Below are positions 38,352 through 50,300 of a stretch of DNA of 50,300 nt, piece by piece; the first letter of the stretch is position 1; every line of letters starts with the position of its first letter. Location: the NCBI GenBank assembly GCA_032718475.1, contig JAUCBJ010007051.1, positions 1 to 50,300 of the forward strand, in the 5' to 3' direction. Source of the DNA: Nemertoderma westbladi. Taxonomy: Eukaryota > Animalia > Xenacoelomorpha. A program made the position numbers and the translations under genes. The notes below the pieces were generated by a model that saw nothing but the letters and a program-made list of their open reading frames with translations, did no database searches and was not told the DNA's origin.

Positions 38352-38890
38352 TGTGACGGGATCCAGGAGGGATCCCGATTTATCCGATGTGGTATTTAGT
38401 CCACGCGTCCCCGCCGTGTATAAGAGTGAAATAAAGATAACTGAGTTCTGAAGTTCGGTGTATAATAATAGGTTATAGGATATAGATATACTGTGAATTG
38501 TACGGTAGGCGGGATACGGTAACTAAAGTCCCGTGATCCCCTAACTAAACTAATTGGCTGTACCCTACGCTAGCACTGCTGCACTGAGATAACTGAATCA
38601 CTGCTTAATAGGTTATTGGTTATATTGCACGGTGGCCTTACTGCTACTCAATCGATGCCATTCCCCCCCTCTGATTGGTTAATACCCTTGTTGGCGCCCC
38701 GTGGAGTATTCCCGTTCACTCCACCTGTTCTCCTTGGGTTAGGGGTTTGGCCCCTGACCCTCTATTGTGTGCTTCCTTCCCACTCTTATTGGGATGGCAC
38801 GAGTTGGTTAATTGCCCAATCTCGTGGCTCCCAATATTGCTTATCGGCTTACAACTTTATGGGGTGTTGGCGGGATTGAATAAGCTAACA
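38352..38890 (-). repeat. 5' LTR of the nested element
   Basis: Matches 31262-31800; CCAAT motifs and a TCAGT initiator-like motif on the minus strand. Confidence 0.95.
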
Positions 38891-38895
38891 TCTCT

Positions 38896-41326
38896 GCCAG
38901 CTATCGAGGATTTTATAATTTCCCGTTCATATTTTGGTCATGTTCTCCCTACGTATTCCTATCAACTCCATGTGTTTGGAGACGCCAGCGATATGGGAAT
39001 AGGTATAGTAGCCTATCTAAGAGTGGAAACTCCGGATGGAATCAAAGTCGCCTTAGTTACTTCTAAGGCATTAATCAACAACAAGTTGAAAGTTCCTCGA
39101 GCGGAGTTAAAAGCGGCTCTATACGCTACAGCCATCGGCCGGAATGTAACAGAACAGATTGACTATCCATTAGAGAAAACTGTCTATTGGACCGACGCTT
39201 TACTCGTGTTAGAGTATATAACCAATGAAGTCTGTCAGTTCAGCGTCTTCGTTACCAACAGAGTAGCCATCATACTTAGTCGCACGACGATGGACCAATG
39301 GAGACATTGCCCCGGAACGATTAATCCAGCAGTCATCGCTTCCAGGGGAGCGACTCCAAAGGAATTGGTAAATACTCCCGAATGGTTAGGAGGACCCGAC
39401 TTTCTCTACAGAGAAGAAGAAGAATGGCCTCCCCATCTCACAACAGCAGAGATCAGACAGGCCAAGGGAGCGGAGAAAGTTAAACCCAAAACTCGAGCGA
39501 GTAAATCGAAGTTGTTTAAACCTGCGGTTGATCTATCTGTATTATTTACTTCCGGAGAGGATGCTTTGGATCAGAAACCCACCGCCACGACTAAAGAAGT
39601 CTTGGAAATCCGAGACAAGGATTGGAAATCTGGAATACCAGATATTTCGCAAGGACTCTCACCTCTCTTGCAGAGAGCGATACGTCATTACAGTTCCTGG
39701 AATCGGCTCTGTAAAGCTGTCACCTATCTGAAACGATGTTTTCATCATCGTTACTCCGGGACAAAGACCAATAGTGATGATGCTCCATCAACATCTGCAC
39801 GAGTCCATGTTGTTAAAGATCTTCCCCAATACAAGGTATCCGACAGGTTTCTAAAGGAGAAGATCAGTTACCAGGAGCATGATGAAACCAACAAACAGAT
39901 GCTGAGACTCCTACAATGCTATGAGGATCCCGATAAGTATTTCCTGTTGTTAAGAAATCCGCAGATGCGCTTAAGGGATCGCTTCTCTAGTACCATGATA
40001 GATGGGTTAATACATGTTGGAGGTAGGCTGACAAACGCCCCATTATCCTTTGACTCTAAGTTTCCCATCCTCATTAGAAATCTTGACATACAAATCAAGA
40101 TGATTGTAGATGTTCATAGCAAACTGTATCATGCTGGAAGAGAACGAGTTCTGAGCGAAATTCGAACTCGCTACTATTTTTATAAACCCCGTAGGGCTCT
40201 GAACCAAGTTCTTAGGAACTGCATACCCTGTAGGAAAGCATTCAGTAGGCCTTTAACACAGCGAGAAGCAGAATTACCTAGGGAAAGAGTAAGCTTCTAT
40301 GAACCACCCTTTACTAATACCGGTGTGGATTTATTTGGCCCTATTGAAGTATATCGTGCCCGGACTATAGTCAAGAGATGGTGTGTCATCTTCGTTTGTA
40401 TGACTTGTAGAGCTATCCATCTCGATATGGTAAACGATCTATCCACCAACAGCTTCGTGTTGAGTTTACGACGACAGATCGCTCGTTTCGGAACCAGTAA
40501 CACGATGAGATCGGATAAGGGAACGAACTTCATTGGCGCCAACAACGAAATTCAAGCTTACGTAAAGGACTGGAACAAAAGACAGGTGGACGATCAGCTA
40601 AAGATAACAGCGTCTAGCTGGACCTTCAACGCCGCCGACGCCCCTTGGTGGGGAGGAAGTTGGGAGAGATTGATTAGGAGCGTGAAGACTGCGTTCCACT
40701 TTATTGTGCCTTGTCGCGCTTATCTCACCGACGAACTATTGCGGACGTTAATGGAGGAAATCGCCGCCTATCTCAACGAAAGACCGCTTATGCCAGTCTC
40801 TTCAAATCCTGATTCCCTGGAAGCGCTAACACCCGCGCACTTTCTACTGAAGAAGCCCGTAGCCATGCTCCCACGATCGGAGATCACAGACGGAGACGAG
40901 TACTGCCGTCGAACCTGGCAACTTATGCAGTTGCTATCCCGTCGTTTCGCTGACCATTTCGAGAAACATTACCTGCCCACTCTACAACTTCGAACTAAGT
41001 GGTTTGCGCAGCAAGAAAACGTCAGCGCTGGAGACATGGTGCTTATTGTGGACCCCGATCTCCCACGTAAGCGATGGCAAACAGGACGTATCATCGAGAC
41101 TCATATCTCGAGCGATGGTTTGGTGCGATCAGTAGAGCTCGTCGTTATGCGGCGTAACTTTAAGAAACCAGGGATAGTCTTTGAGACTCAACAGCTCAAT
41201 CGCCCGGTGGGACGTTTATGTTTACTGGAAAGAGACAGAGAGCTCTCCGGAAACTATGGAAGGCAAGAAACTCTTCCCACGACCACTTCCCTAATCCAAC
41301 CGACATCTAGGGACTCCCCAACTTAA
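38896..41326 (+). CDS. BEL/Pao polyprotein, 3' part (RNase H, integrase)
   Basis: HVFGDAS, RAELKA, YWTDA; HSKLYH...CIPC; VDLFGP, SDKGTNF, WERLI; rejoins the 5' part in frame as WEDSLPAIEDF. Confidence 0.95.
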
Positions 41327-44300
41327 TATCGTTCGGAGTGGGCGTGTGACTCTATTATTTTATATTATTTTATTATTTTTATATTTATGTATGTATTACT
41401 ATGTAATTTTATTATAATCGTTTTATTTAATTTAGTAGAATATTATTTAGCGATTATTTTGTAGAATAGTGCAATATATTCGTGTTTATTACGTACGTAA
41501 TTACATATATTATATTTAATGCGACGGCAAGAAATAATTCTTTTCCTCTTTCCTTACTGTCCGTATCATATTATAAATGCGTGACTACAGTAAGATGAAA
41601 TGTCCGTACTTATTAAAGTACAATAAAGCCACTACTATATTTAAGTATTATTGGTAGGCAGAGTATTAGGAATGCAAAGTTCAGATCCTCGTGTCTCGGC
41701 TAAACCAAGCTCTGGGTAGACCTTGGAAACGACTTGCCTCTTCACACTGACATTGCTTCGTGCGATATTGCTCTCATACCGTATATTAAATAATGCATAT
41801 AGTAGCATGATGTCCCTTTAACAGTAGCGTATAACGCAAAATAAATCTGTTAAATCCTTTGACCATCTGTAATTCTAGTCGATTAAGATATCGCGGCACC
41901 CACTGATATACTTGAAAGACAAATCTTAGAATCAGTGGTTAACGTCCCCAGACAAGTTCTGGAATAAATCGGTGCCCATCTCAAATATTAATTATTTAAT
42001 ATTTGCAAATCTAATAAATCAAAATCTGTAAAATTCAGATCCTTCAACAATTCTAGTCAATTAAGATATCGTAGCATTTACCGACATTCTTAAAAAGACA
42101 ATTGTCATAGAATTAAGGATCTTGTGTCCCCAGACATATTCTAGAATCAAAATATGTCCATTTAATTATCAAATAATAAAATTTCAGGGAATAATTTAAA
42201 TTCATGCCTTTTAATGAATTTCATAAATTGCCATTTTTGCGCAATTTATAACATTCCCAAAATTCCATTAATTAAGAGATCAAGGGAGCGGAGATTTATC
42301 TTATTATGCCTAGGAGTGTGCGAAAGTCTCCCAAACATAGTCAATAGCCGATAAAATTCATAAAGTCATGTATAAAACCAAACATTGACTATTAAAGAAT
42401 ACTATTAAATAACATCCCAGATCTGTATGCATTGGAATTACCCTAATTCTACCGCTAGCTTTGCATAATGTCACCATAGCAACAACCACGCTAGAATTAG
42501 AATTGAGTTAAACGAACAATAGAAAGCTTGTCCCATTGAATAGCATAGGGAATAAATAGCGCACTACTAGTATCCAAGGATACATAATAATACAGTGACA
42601 TTCTGGAAGGCATTGACTAACGGACAAATGGCCCGAATGTGCGTAGTTGTGACCAGTTGTGTGGTATTTGTGAGTTTATAGGTGAATGTTACTGCTAAGG
42701 TGTGTTTACAGTAGCTAGTCGCAATCGTAAAAGTAACCTAACTCTCCAAGGAAAACCTGAAGTACATCTAAGCCTTTGGGACGGACAGTTGAGTGACTTG
42801 TGCCGGTTGTCGTTGTCGTTGTGCGGCTACGTCGTTGGCGAAAGTACAGCGGCGACGACACATCGGCGCTGAGGATCTCGTACTGTCCGGGGGTTGATTG
42901 GGGTAGGCAGCGACGCCCGCTCGCCTAAATATAAACTCATTATAATATGGATAAACTCATATATAGCAGATATGACGGAGTTGATAGAAGATGGTCTTGG
43001 TATCGGGGAGCGATATACTCTACTTTTACAAGCGTTTGTTGATAGCTTAATACGCGGCGACGTTAGTCCAACTGCTGCGGAGGACGATGGTCGTTATATC
43101 GAACCGCCAATGTCCCAAGAGCAGCTCTCGCGAGTTGGGCTATAGAAAATTCGCTGCTCGATATACGCGGCGTAATGGTACGTATATGGGCTTCTTAACT
43201 ACTGGTCATCCTATCGATTTACACAATACGGACTATGTCGACTATATATCCTGCCCAGCGGAGTCGGAACCATAAACTAAAATTCGAATGCGAAAATTCT
43301 ATTCGAAATCGACTCGAAAGAAAAGACACTAAAGAAACAAATGGACGCGGTAACTCCAACGTATATTTGGAATTCTTGATAGAAGCATTGTAACAACAAA
43401 TAAATGTCACCCGCGTTTACCCTACCAGACGTGCGTCTTTGGTATTATTACGATAAATGCCCTAGACCCAACTAATAAACGGAAAGACATAAACATCCAC
43501 GTAAACCGAAACTTGTTGACGTATCACCTATGCTCACTCGGCTCGAACGATCCTGGAGTAAACCTGCGATCAGAGTCCCGGAATACTCGGTCAAACCTCC
43601 TCATTCCTTAGTTGGACCTCAGACCTGCGATCCTGGTGGTGTCGCGGATCCTCGCGGACTGTATTCACTGTTCAAAGATCTAGTGCTACCCTAACAATTA
43701 ATCGGTAACACTCCGACAGTGATTTCTAGCTAGCCGCCCATCTTACCTAGCCGGATTGTGACGCGGACACCTAATATCACTATCCAACCGTATGGTCGTC
43801 CCCGTTTAACGCGATACAACCCCTCATCAAGGTGAAGGAGAGCGTTGTACGAAACGAGTTAAACGCTATTCTATAAAGATCAAAAAAGAAACCTGCGTTT
43901 GTTCAGATAAACGTAAGTTATAACAGTAAGTCCAATCGATAAACGAATTGGCCTTATCTCAATTCGATTGGGAAATCCAGAATCTCTAAGAAGTTATCGA
44001 ACTTGGACGATCCTATTCTCTGCGAGAGTTTTTGGATGAACGTATCCAGCTACGAGCGGAGGAAAATCAGCTCGAGGAGAAGCATATCGAAACGGCAGAT
44101 ACCTCGACCACAATCCTACACCTTCTGATGCAATCATATTGCACCCTTCACCCAGGAGTTATGGCCCTCCTAGTAAAGTGGCTCCCCCCAAAGAGAAAAA
44201 GACTCTTGCTAGCCTCAAAAAACTGCGTAAACGCCGTCTGCGTAAGAAAGGCTAACTGTTTAGAGTATCTTTATATTTTAGAAACTGTGATTTGTTATAT

Positions 44301-44333
44301 TTTATAGACTTAAATCCCATTTTCTGGGAGCGG

Positions 44334-45045
44334 TGTAAAAGCTTTTGCGTAATTAGCCGGTTATTTTCCCTTAAAGTACTCTGTAGTTGGTTTGCCAGGC
44401 ATAAAAAGGCCGTGTCCTTGCTGTACTGGTGTTTTAGAGGACATAAAAGTCATTTCTTATGTATTTGTACTGTATTTGTACTTTAGAGGACATAATCCAC
44501 AATCTCGTGACGCAATAGCTGGATACTTTTGAAAACAGTGTCGCTACCATGACGACGGCTAGCAGCTGATATTGCCACGTCGACGTTTCTTTGTTTCTTT
44601 GTTCTCTCGTTGTTCAGGTTGACCAATCAGAGCGTTTGTTGTCTCTGTGTTGGAGGTGTATACAGAAACTCAGTAGTTCAGTGTTATGTTTTTGCCCAGA
44701 GCCTAAGAACCGGCTTTTGGCACCTCCGTGTTTTCAGTTTTTAGTCTTACACTAGTAGGCTTAATTATAAGGACATATATCCGTTATCTGATGTCTGATC
44801 TCAACATACCTCAACTCAAATCATAACATACCATACCTAATCAAACAACCTGTGCATACTTTTATATTGTTATACTGCTATTTACTGTCAGTTCTTCATA
44901 ATATGGTTGATGAATTATTATATTTGGAATAACGATAAATAACCCCGAAACCCAATATTCTTGATATACCGAAGGTAAGAGAGAAAGGTTACATAAACGA
45001 TTGTGACTTATGTTAAATTGGTTTGCAGTGAATCTAATGTTATTT
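44334..45045 (+). repeat. 3' LTR of the BEL element, abutting the satellite
   Basis: Matches 22034-22745; the match stops at ...TGTTATTT without CA or TSD. Confidence 0.9.
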
Positions 45046-45049
45046 TATG

Positions 45050-48000
45050 AGAACTAACCTTCCTCTCTGATAGACTCAGACTGATGTACCGTAACCGTAC
45101 ATTAATTATGTAGAACTAACCTTCCTCTCTGATAGACTCAGACTGATGTACCGTAACCGTACATTAATTATGTAGAACTAACCTTCCTCTCTGATAGACT
45201 CACACTGATGTACCGTAACCGTACATTAATTATGTAGAACTAACCTTCCTCTCTGATAGACTCAGACTGATGTACCATAACCGTGCATTAATTATGTAGA
45301 ACTAACCTTCCTCTCTGATAGACTCAGACTGATGTACCGTAACCGTACATTAATTATGTAGAACTAACCTTCCTCTCTGATAGACTCAGACTGATGTACC
45401 ATAACCGTGCATTAATTATGTAGAACTAACCTTCCTCACTGATAGACTCAGACTGATGTACCGTAACCGTACATTAATTATGTAGAACTAACCTTCCTCT
45501 CTGATAGACTCACACTGATGTACCGTAACCGTACATTAATTATGTAGAACTAACCTTCCTCTCTGATAGACTCAGACTGATGTACCATAACCGTGCATTA
45601 ATTATGTAGAACTAACCTTCCTCTCTGATAGACTCACACTGATGTACCGTAACCGTACATTAATTATGTAGAACTAACCTTCCTCTCTGATAGACTCACA
45701 CTGATGTACCGTAACCGTACATTAATTATGTAGAACTAACCTTCCTCTCTGATAGACTCACACTGATGTACCGTAACCGTACATTAATTATGTAGAACTA
45801 ACCTTCCTCACTGATAGACTCACACTGATGTACCGTAACCGTACATTAATTATGTAGAACTAACCTTCCTCTCTGATAGACTCACACTGATGTACCGTAA
45901 CCGTACATTAATTATGTAGAACTAACCTTCCTCTCTGATAGACTCAGACTGATGTACCGTAACCGTACATTAATTATGTAGAACTAACCTTCCTCTCTGA
46001 TAGACTCACACTGATGTACCGTAACCGTACATTAATTATGTAGAACTAACCTTCCTCTCTGATAGACTCACACTGATGTACCGTAACCGTACATTAATTA
46101 TGTAGAACTAACCTTCCTCTCTGATAGACTCACACTGATGTACCGTAACCGTACATTAATTATGTAGAACTAACCTGCCTCACTGATAGACTCACACTGA
46201 TGTACCGTAACCGTACATTAATTATGTAGAACTAACCTTCCTCACTGATAGACTCACACTGATGTACCATAACCGTACATTAATTATGTAGAACTAACCT
46301 TCCTCTCTGATAGACTCACACTGATGTACCGTAACCGTACATTAATTATGTAGAACTAACCTTCCTCTCTGATAGACTCACACTGATGTACCGTAACCGT
46401 ACATTAATTATGTAGAACTAACCTGCCTCTCTGATAGACTCACACTGATGTACCGTAACCGTACATTAATTATGTAGAACTAACCTTCCTCACTGATAGA
46501 CTCACACTGATGTACCGTAACCGTACATTAATTATGTAGAACTAACCTTCCTCACTGATAGACTCACACTGATGTACCGTAACCGTACATTAATTATGTA
46601 GAACTAACCTTCCTCTCTGATAGACTCACACTGATGTACCATAACCGTACATTAATTATGTAGAACTAACCTGCCTCTCTGATAGACTCACACTGATGTA
46701 CCGTAACCGTACATTAATTATGTAGAACTAACCTTCCTCACTGATAGACTCACACTGATGTACCGTAACCGTACATTAATTATGTAGAACTAACCTTCCT
46801 CACTGATAGACTCACACTGATGTACCGTAACCGTACATTAATTATGTAGAACTAACCTTCCTCACTGATAGACTCACACTGATGTACCGTAACCGTACAT
46901 TAATTATGTAGAACTAACCTTCCTCTCTGATAGACTCACACTGATGTACCGTAACCGTACATTAATTATGTAGAACTAACCTTCCTCACTGATAGACTCA
47001 GACTGATGTACCGTAACCGTACATTAATTATGTAGAACTAACCTTCCTCTCTGATAGACTCACACTGATGTACCGTACATTAATTATGTAGAACTTACCT
47101 GCCTCTCTGATAGACTCATACTGATGTACCGTAACCGTACATTAATTATGTAGAACTAACCTTCCTCACTGATAGACTCACACTGATGTACCGTAACCGT
47201 ACATTAATTATGTAGAACTAACCTTCCTCACTGATAGACTCACACTGATGTACCGTAACCGTACATTAATTATGTAGAACTAACCTTCCTCTCTGATAGA
47301 CTCACACTGATGTACCGTAACCGTACATTAATTATGTAGAACTAACCTTCCTCTCTGATAGACTCACACTGATGTACCGTAACCGTACATTAATTATGTA
47401 GAACTAACCTTCCTATCTGATAGACTCACACTGATGTACCGTAACCGTACATTAATTATGTAGAACTAACCTGCCTCTCTGATAGACTCACACTGATGTA
47501 CCGTAACCGTACATTAATTATGTAGAACTAACCTTCCTCACTGATAGACTCACACTGATGTACCGTAACCGTACATTAATTATGTAGAACTAACCTGCCT
47601 CTCTGATAGACTCACACTGATGTACCGTAACCGTACATTAATTATGTAGAACTAACCTGCCTCACTGATAGACTCACACTGATGTACCGTAACCGTACAT
47701 TAATTATGTAGAACTAACCTGCCTCTCTGATAGACTCACACTGATGTACCGTAACCGTACATTAATTATGTAGAACTAACCTTCCTCACTGATAGACTCA
47801 CACTGATGTACCGTAACCGTACATTAATTATGTAGAACTAACCTTCCTCACTGATAGACTCACACTGATGTACCGTAACCGTACATTAATTATGTAGAAC
47901 TAACCTGCCTCTCTGATAGACTCACACTGATGTACCGTAACCGTACATTAATTATGTAGAACTAACCTTCCTCACTGATAGACTCACACTGATGTACCGT

Positions 48001-49898
48001 AACCGTACATTAATTATGTAGAACTAACCTGCCTCTCTGATAGACTCACACTGATGTACCGTAACCGTACATTAATTATGTAGAACTAACCTTCCGCACT
48101 GATAGACTCACACTGATGTACCGTAACCGTACATTAATTATGTAGAACTAACCTTCCTCACTGATAGACTCACACTGATGTACCGTAACCGTACATTAAT
48201 TATGTAGAACTAACCTTCCTCTCTGATAGACTCACACTGATGTACCGTAACCGTACATTAATTATGTAGAACTAACCTGCCTCACTGATAGACTCACACT
48301 GATGTACCGTAACCGTACATTAATTATGTAGAACTAACCTGCCTCTCTGATAGACTCACACTGATGTACCGTAACCGTACATTAATTATGTAGAACTAAC
48401 CTTCCTCACTGATAGACTCACACTGATGTACCGTAACCGTACATTAATTATGTAGAACTAACCTTCCTCACTGATAGACTCAGACTGATGTACCGTAACC
48501 GTACATTAATTATGTAGAACTAACCTGCCTCTCTGATAGACTCAGACTGATGTACCGTAACCGTACATTAATTATGTAGAACTAACCTTCCTCTCTGATA
48601 GACTCACACTGATGTACCGTAACCGTACATTAATTATGTAGAACTAACCTTCCTCACTGATAGACTCAGACTGATGTACCGTAACCGTACATTAATTTAA
48701 TATGTAGAACTAACCTTCCTCTCTGATAGACTCACACTGATGTACCGTAACCGTACATTAATTATGTAGAACTAACCTGCCTCACTGATAGACTCACACT
48801 GATGTACCGTAACCGTACATTAATTATGTAGAACTAACCTTCCTCACTGATAGACTTACACTGATGTACCGTAACCGTACATTAATTATGTAGAACTAAC
48901 CTGCCTCACTGATAGACTCACACTGATGTACCGTAACCGTACATTAATTATGTAGAACTAACCTGCCTCTCTGATAGACTCAGACTGATGTACCGTAACC
49001 GTACATTAATTATGTAGAACTAACCTTCCTCTCTGATAGACTCAGACTGATGTACCGTAACCGTACATTAATTATGTAGAACTAACCTTCCTCTCTGATA
49101 GACTCACACTGATGTACCGTAACCGTACATTAATTATGTAGAACTAACCTTCCTCACTGATAGACTCAGACTGATGTACCGTAACCGTACATTAATTATG
49201 TAGAACTAACCTTCCTCTCTGATAGACTCACACTGATGTACCGTAACCGTACATTAATTATGTAGAACTAACCTGCCTCACTGATAGACTCACACTGATG
49301 TACCGTAACCGTACATTAATTATGTAGAACTAACCTTCCTCACTGATAGACTCATACTGATGTACCGTAACCGTACATTAATTATGTAGAACTAACCTTC
49401 CTCACTGATAGACTCACACTGATGTACCGTAACCGTACATTAATTATGTAGAACTAACCTTCCTCACTGATAGACTCACACTGATGTACCGTAACCGTAC
49501 ATTAATTATGTAGAACTAACCTTCCTCTCTGATAGACTCACACTGATGTACCGTACATTAATTATGTAGAACTAACCTTCCTCACTGATAGACTCACACT
49601 GATGTACCGTAACCGTACATTAATTATGTAGAACTAACCTTCCTCACTGATAGACTCACACTGATGTACCGTAACCGTACATTAATTATGTAGAACTAAC
49701 CTTCCTCTCTGATAGACTCACACTGATGTACCGTAACCGTACATTAATTATGTAGAACTAACCTGCCTCACTGATAGACTCACACTGATGTACCGTAACC
49801 GTACATTAATTATGTAGAACTAACCTCCCTCTCTGATAGACTCACACTGATGTACCGTACATTAATTATGTAGAACTAACCTGCCTCTCTGATAGACT
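45050..49898. repeat. 62-bp minisatellite, about 78 copies, derived from the homeobox exon/intron junction
   Basis: Unit TAGAACTAACCTKCCTCWCTGATAGACTCASACTGATGTACCGTAACCGTACATTAATTATG; the last unit overlaps the exon end. Confidence 0.97.
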
Positions 49899-50101
49899 AA
49901 GACTAGACGCCAGTTGTTTTCTATCTGTTGGTGGTAAATATCGACATTTAATGAATTTATCTTCCAATACTTTGGTCTGGGAGCCCGTGAATCGAATTTG
50001 CCCGCCTTTGCGTCGGGAAGGCTGCCGCCGGTCTCCTATGTTGTACCTTCCTGCTACCGGAAGTACTGATAGGTAAGTGGGAACTCCGTATGTCATCATT
50101 T
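49881..50101 (-). CDS. HHEX: Hhex/PRH-like homeobox internal exon (homeodomain up to SERQ)
   Basis: RRKGGQIRFTGSQTKVLEDKFIKCRYLPPTDRKQLASSLSLSERQ then CAG|GTTAGT; the KGGQxRF arm and intron after SERQ fit Hhex; acceptor TTTATAG is inferred. Confidence 0.8.
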
Positions 50102-50300
50102 CTATAAATTCAAGTAGTAATTCCTACGTTTATTAAATGCTTATTTAATTAACTACAGCATGCTAATACACTATTATGCTGTTCAATCGTAAAACTTTAC
50201 ACCCCAGCTGGACCGGGGGAAACCAGTTGTGAAAAAATGCCAAAGGCTGGGGAAAACGGCTGGACCTCGGGGAAAACCCCTGTCGATCCCTAGGTGGGAA

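Larger units (their letters stand above)
31262..38890 (-). mobile_element. Nested non-autonomous LTR element (gag-like ORF, no visible pol), probably BEL-related
   Basis: 539-bp TG..CA LTRs with one mismatch seen, TSD TCTCT (31257-31261 and 38891-38895), PPT GGGGGGGAG next to the left LTR on the minus strand. Confidence 0.93.
22034..45045 (+). mobile_element. BEL/Pao LTR retrotransposon (about 15.4 kb without the nested insert); right end not resolved
   Basis: Direct repeats starting TGTAAAAGC at 22034 and 44334, purine tract GGGAGCGG before the 3' copy, gag-PR-RT-RH-IN order with three zinc knuckles. Confidence 0.93.

Noticed and set aside
38675-38895. Hydrophobic N-terminus of the 883-aa ORF as a signal peptide or membrane segment
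   Set aside because: Chance in-frame translation of the nested LTR; the same peptide appears at 31585
41652-41665. TGGTAGGCAGAG as a tRNA-iMet primer-binding site
   Set aside because: Imperfect match to TGGTAGCAGAG and located after integrase, not next to a 5' LTR
45050-49898. CRISPR array or hammerhead-containing satellite
   Set aside because: No unique spacers and no cas genes; units have CTGATAG and CTGATGT but no CTGANGA...GAAA core

Overview
Eukaryotic (most likely invertebrate animal), repeat-dense genomic DNA; no prokaryotic features. Host genes, both on the minus strand: coding exon 1 of a Gs-alpha (GNAS-like) gene at 11053-11191, whose intron 1 runs to the left edge, and an Hhex-like homeobox exon at about 49881-50101. 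Two initiator tRNA-Met genes lie in a 3.3-kb tandem duplication, each copy carrying its own RTE-clade LINE insertion. The centre (22034-45045) is a young, unusually long BEL/Pao LTR retrotransposon. Its gag-pol ORF is split by a nested, opposite-strand LTR element (31262-38890, TCTCT TSD) with gag-like coding but no visible pol. The most striking structures are: (1) about 45 short GGYAC-loop-GTRCC hairpins with compensatory changes in the nested element; (2) about 78 copies of a 62-bp unit that amplifies the Hhex exon/intron junction; (3) a dense cluster of consensus splice donors in the BEL gag; (4) a possible self-priming geometry in place of a tRNA PBS. Counts and alignments were made by eye and are approximate.
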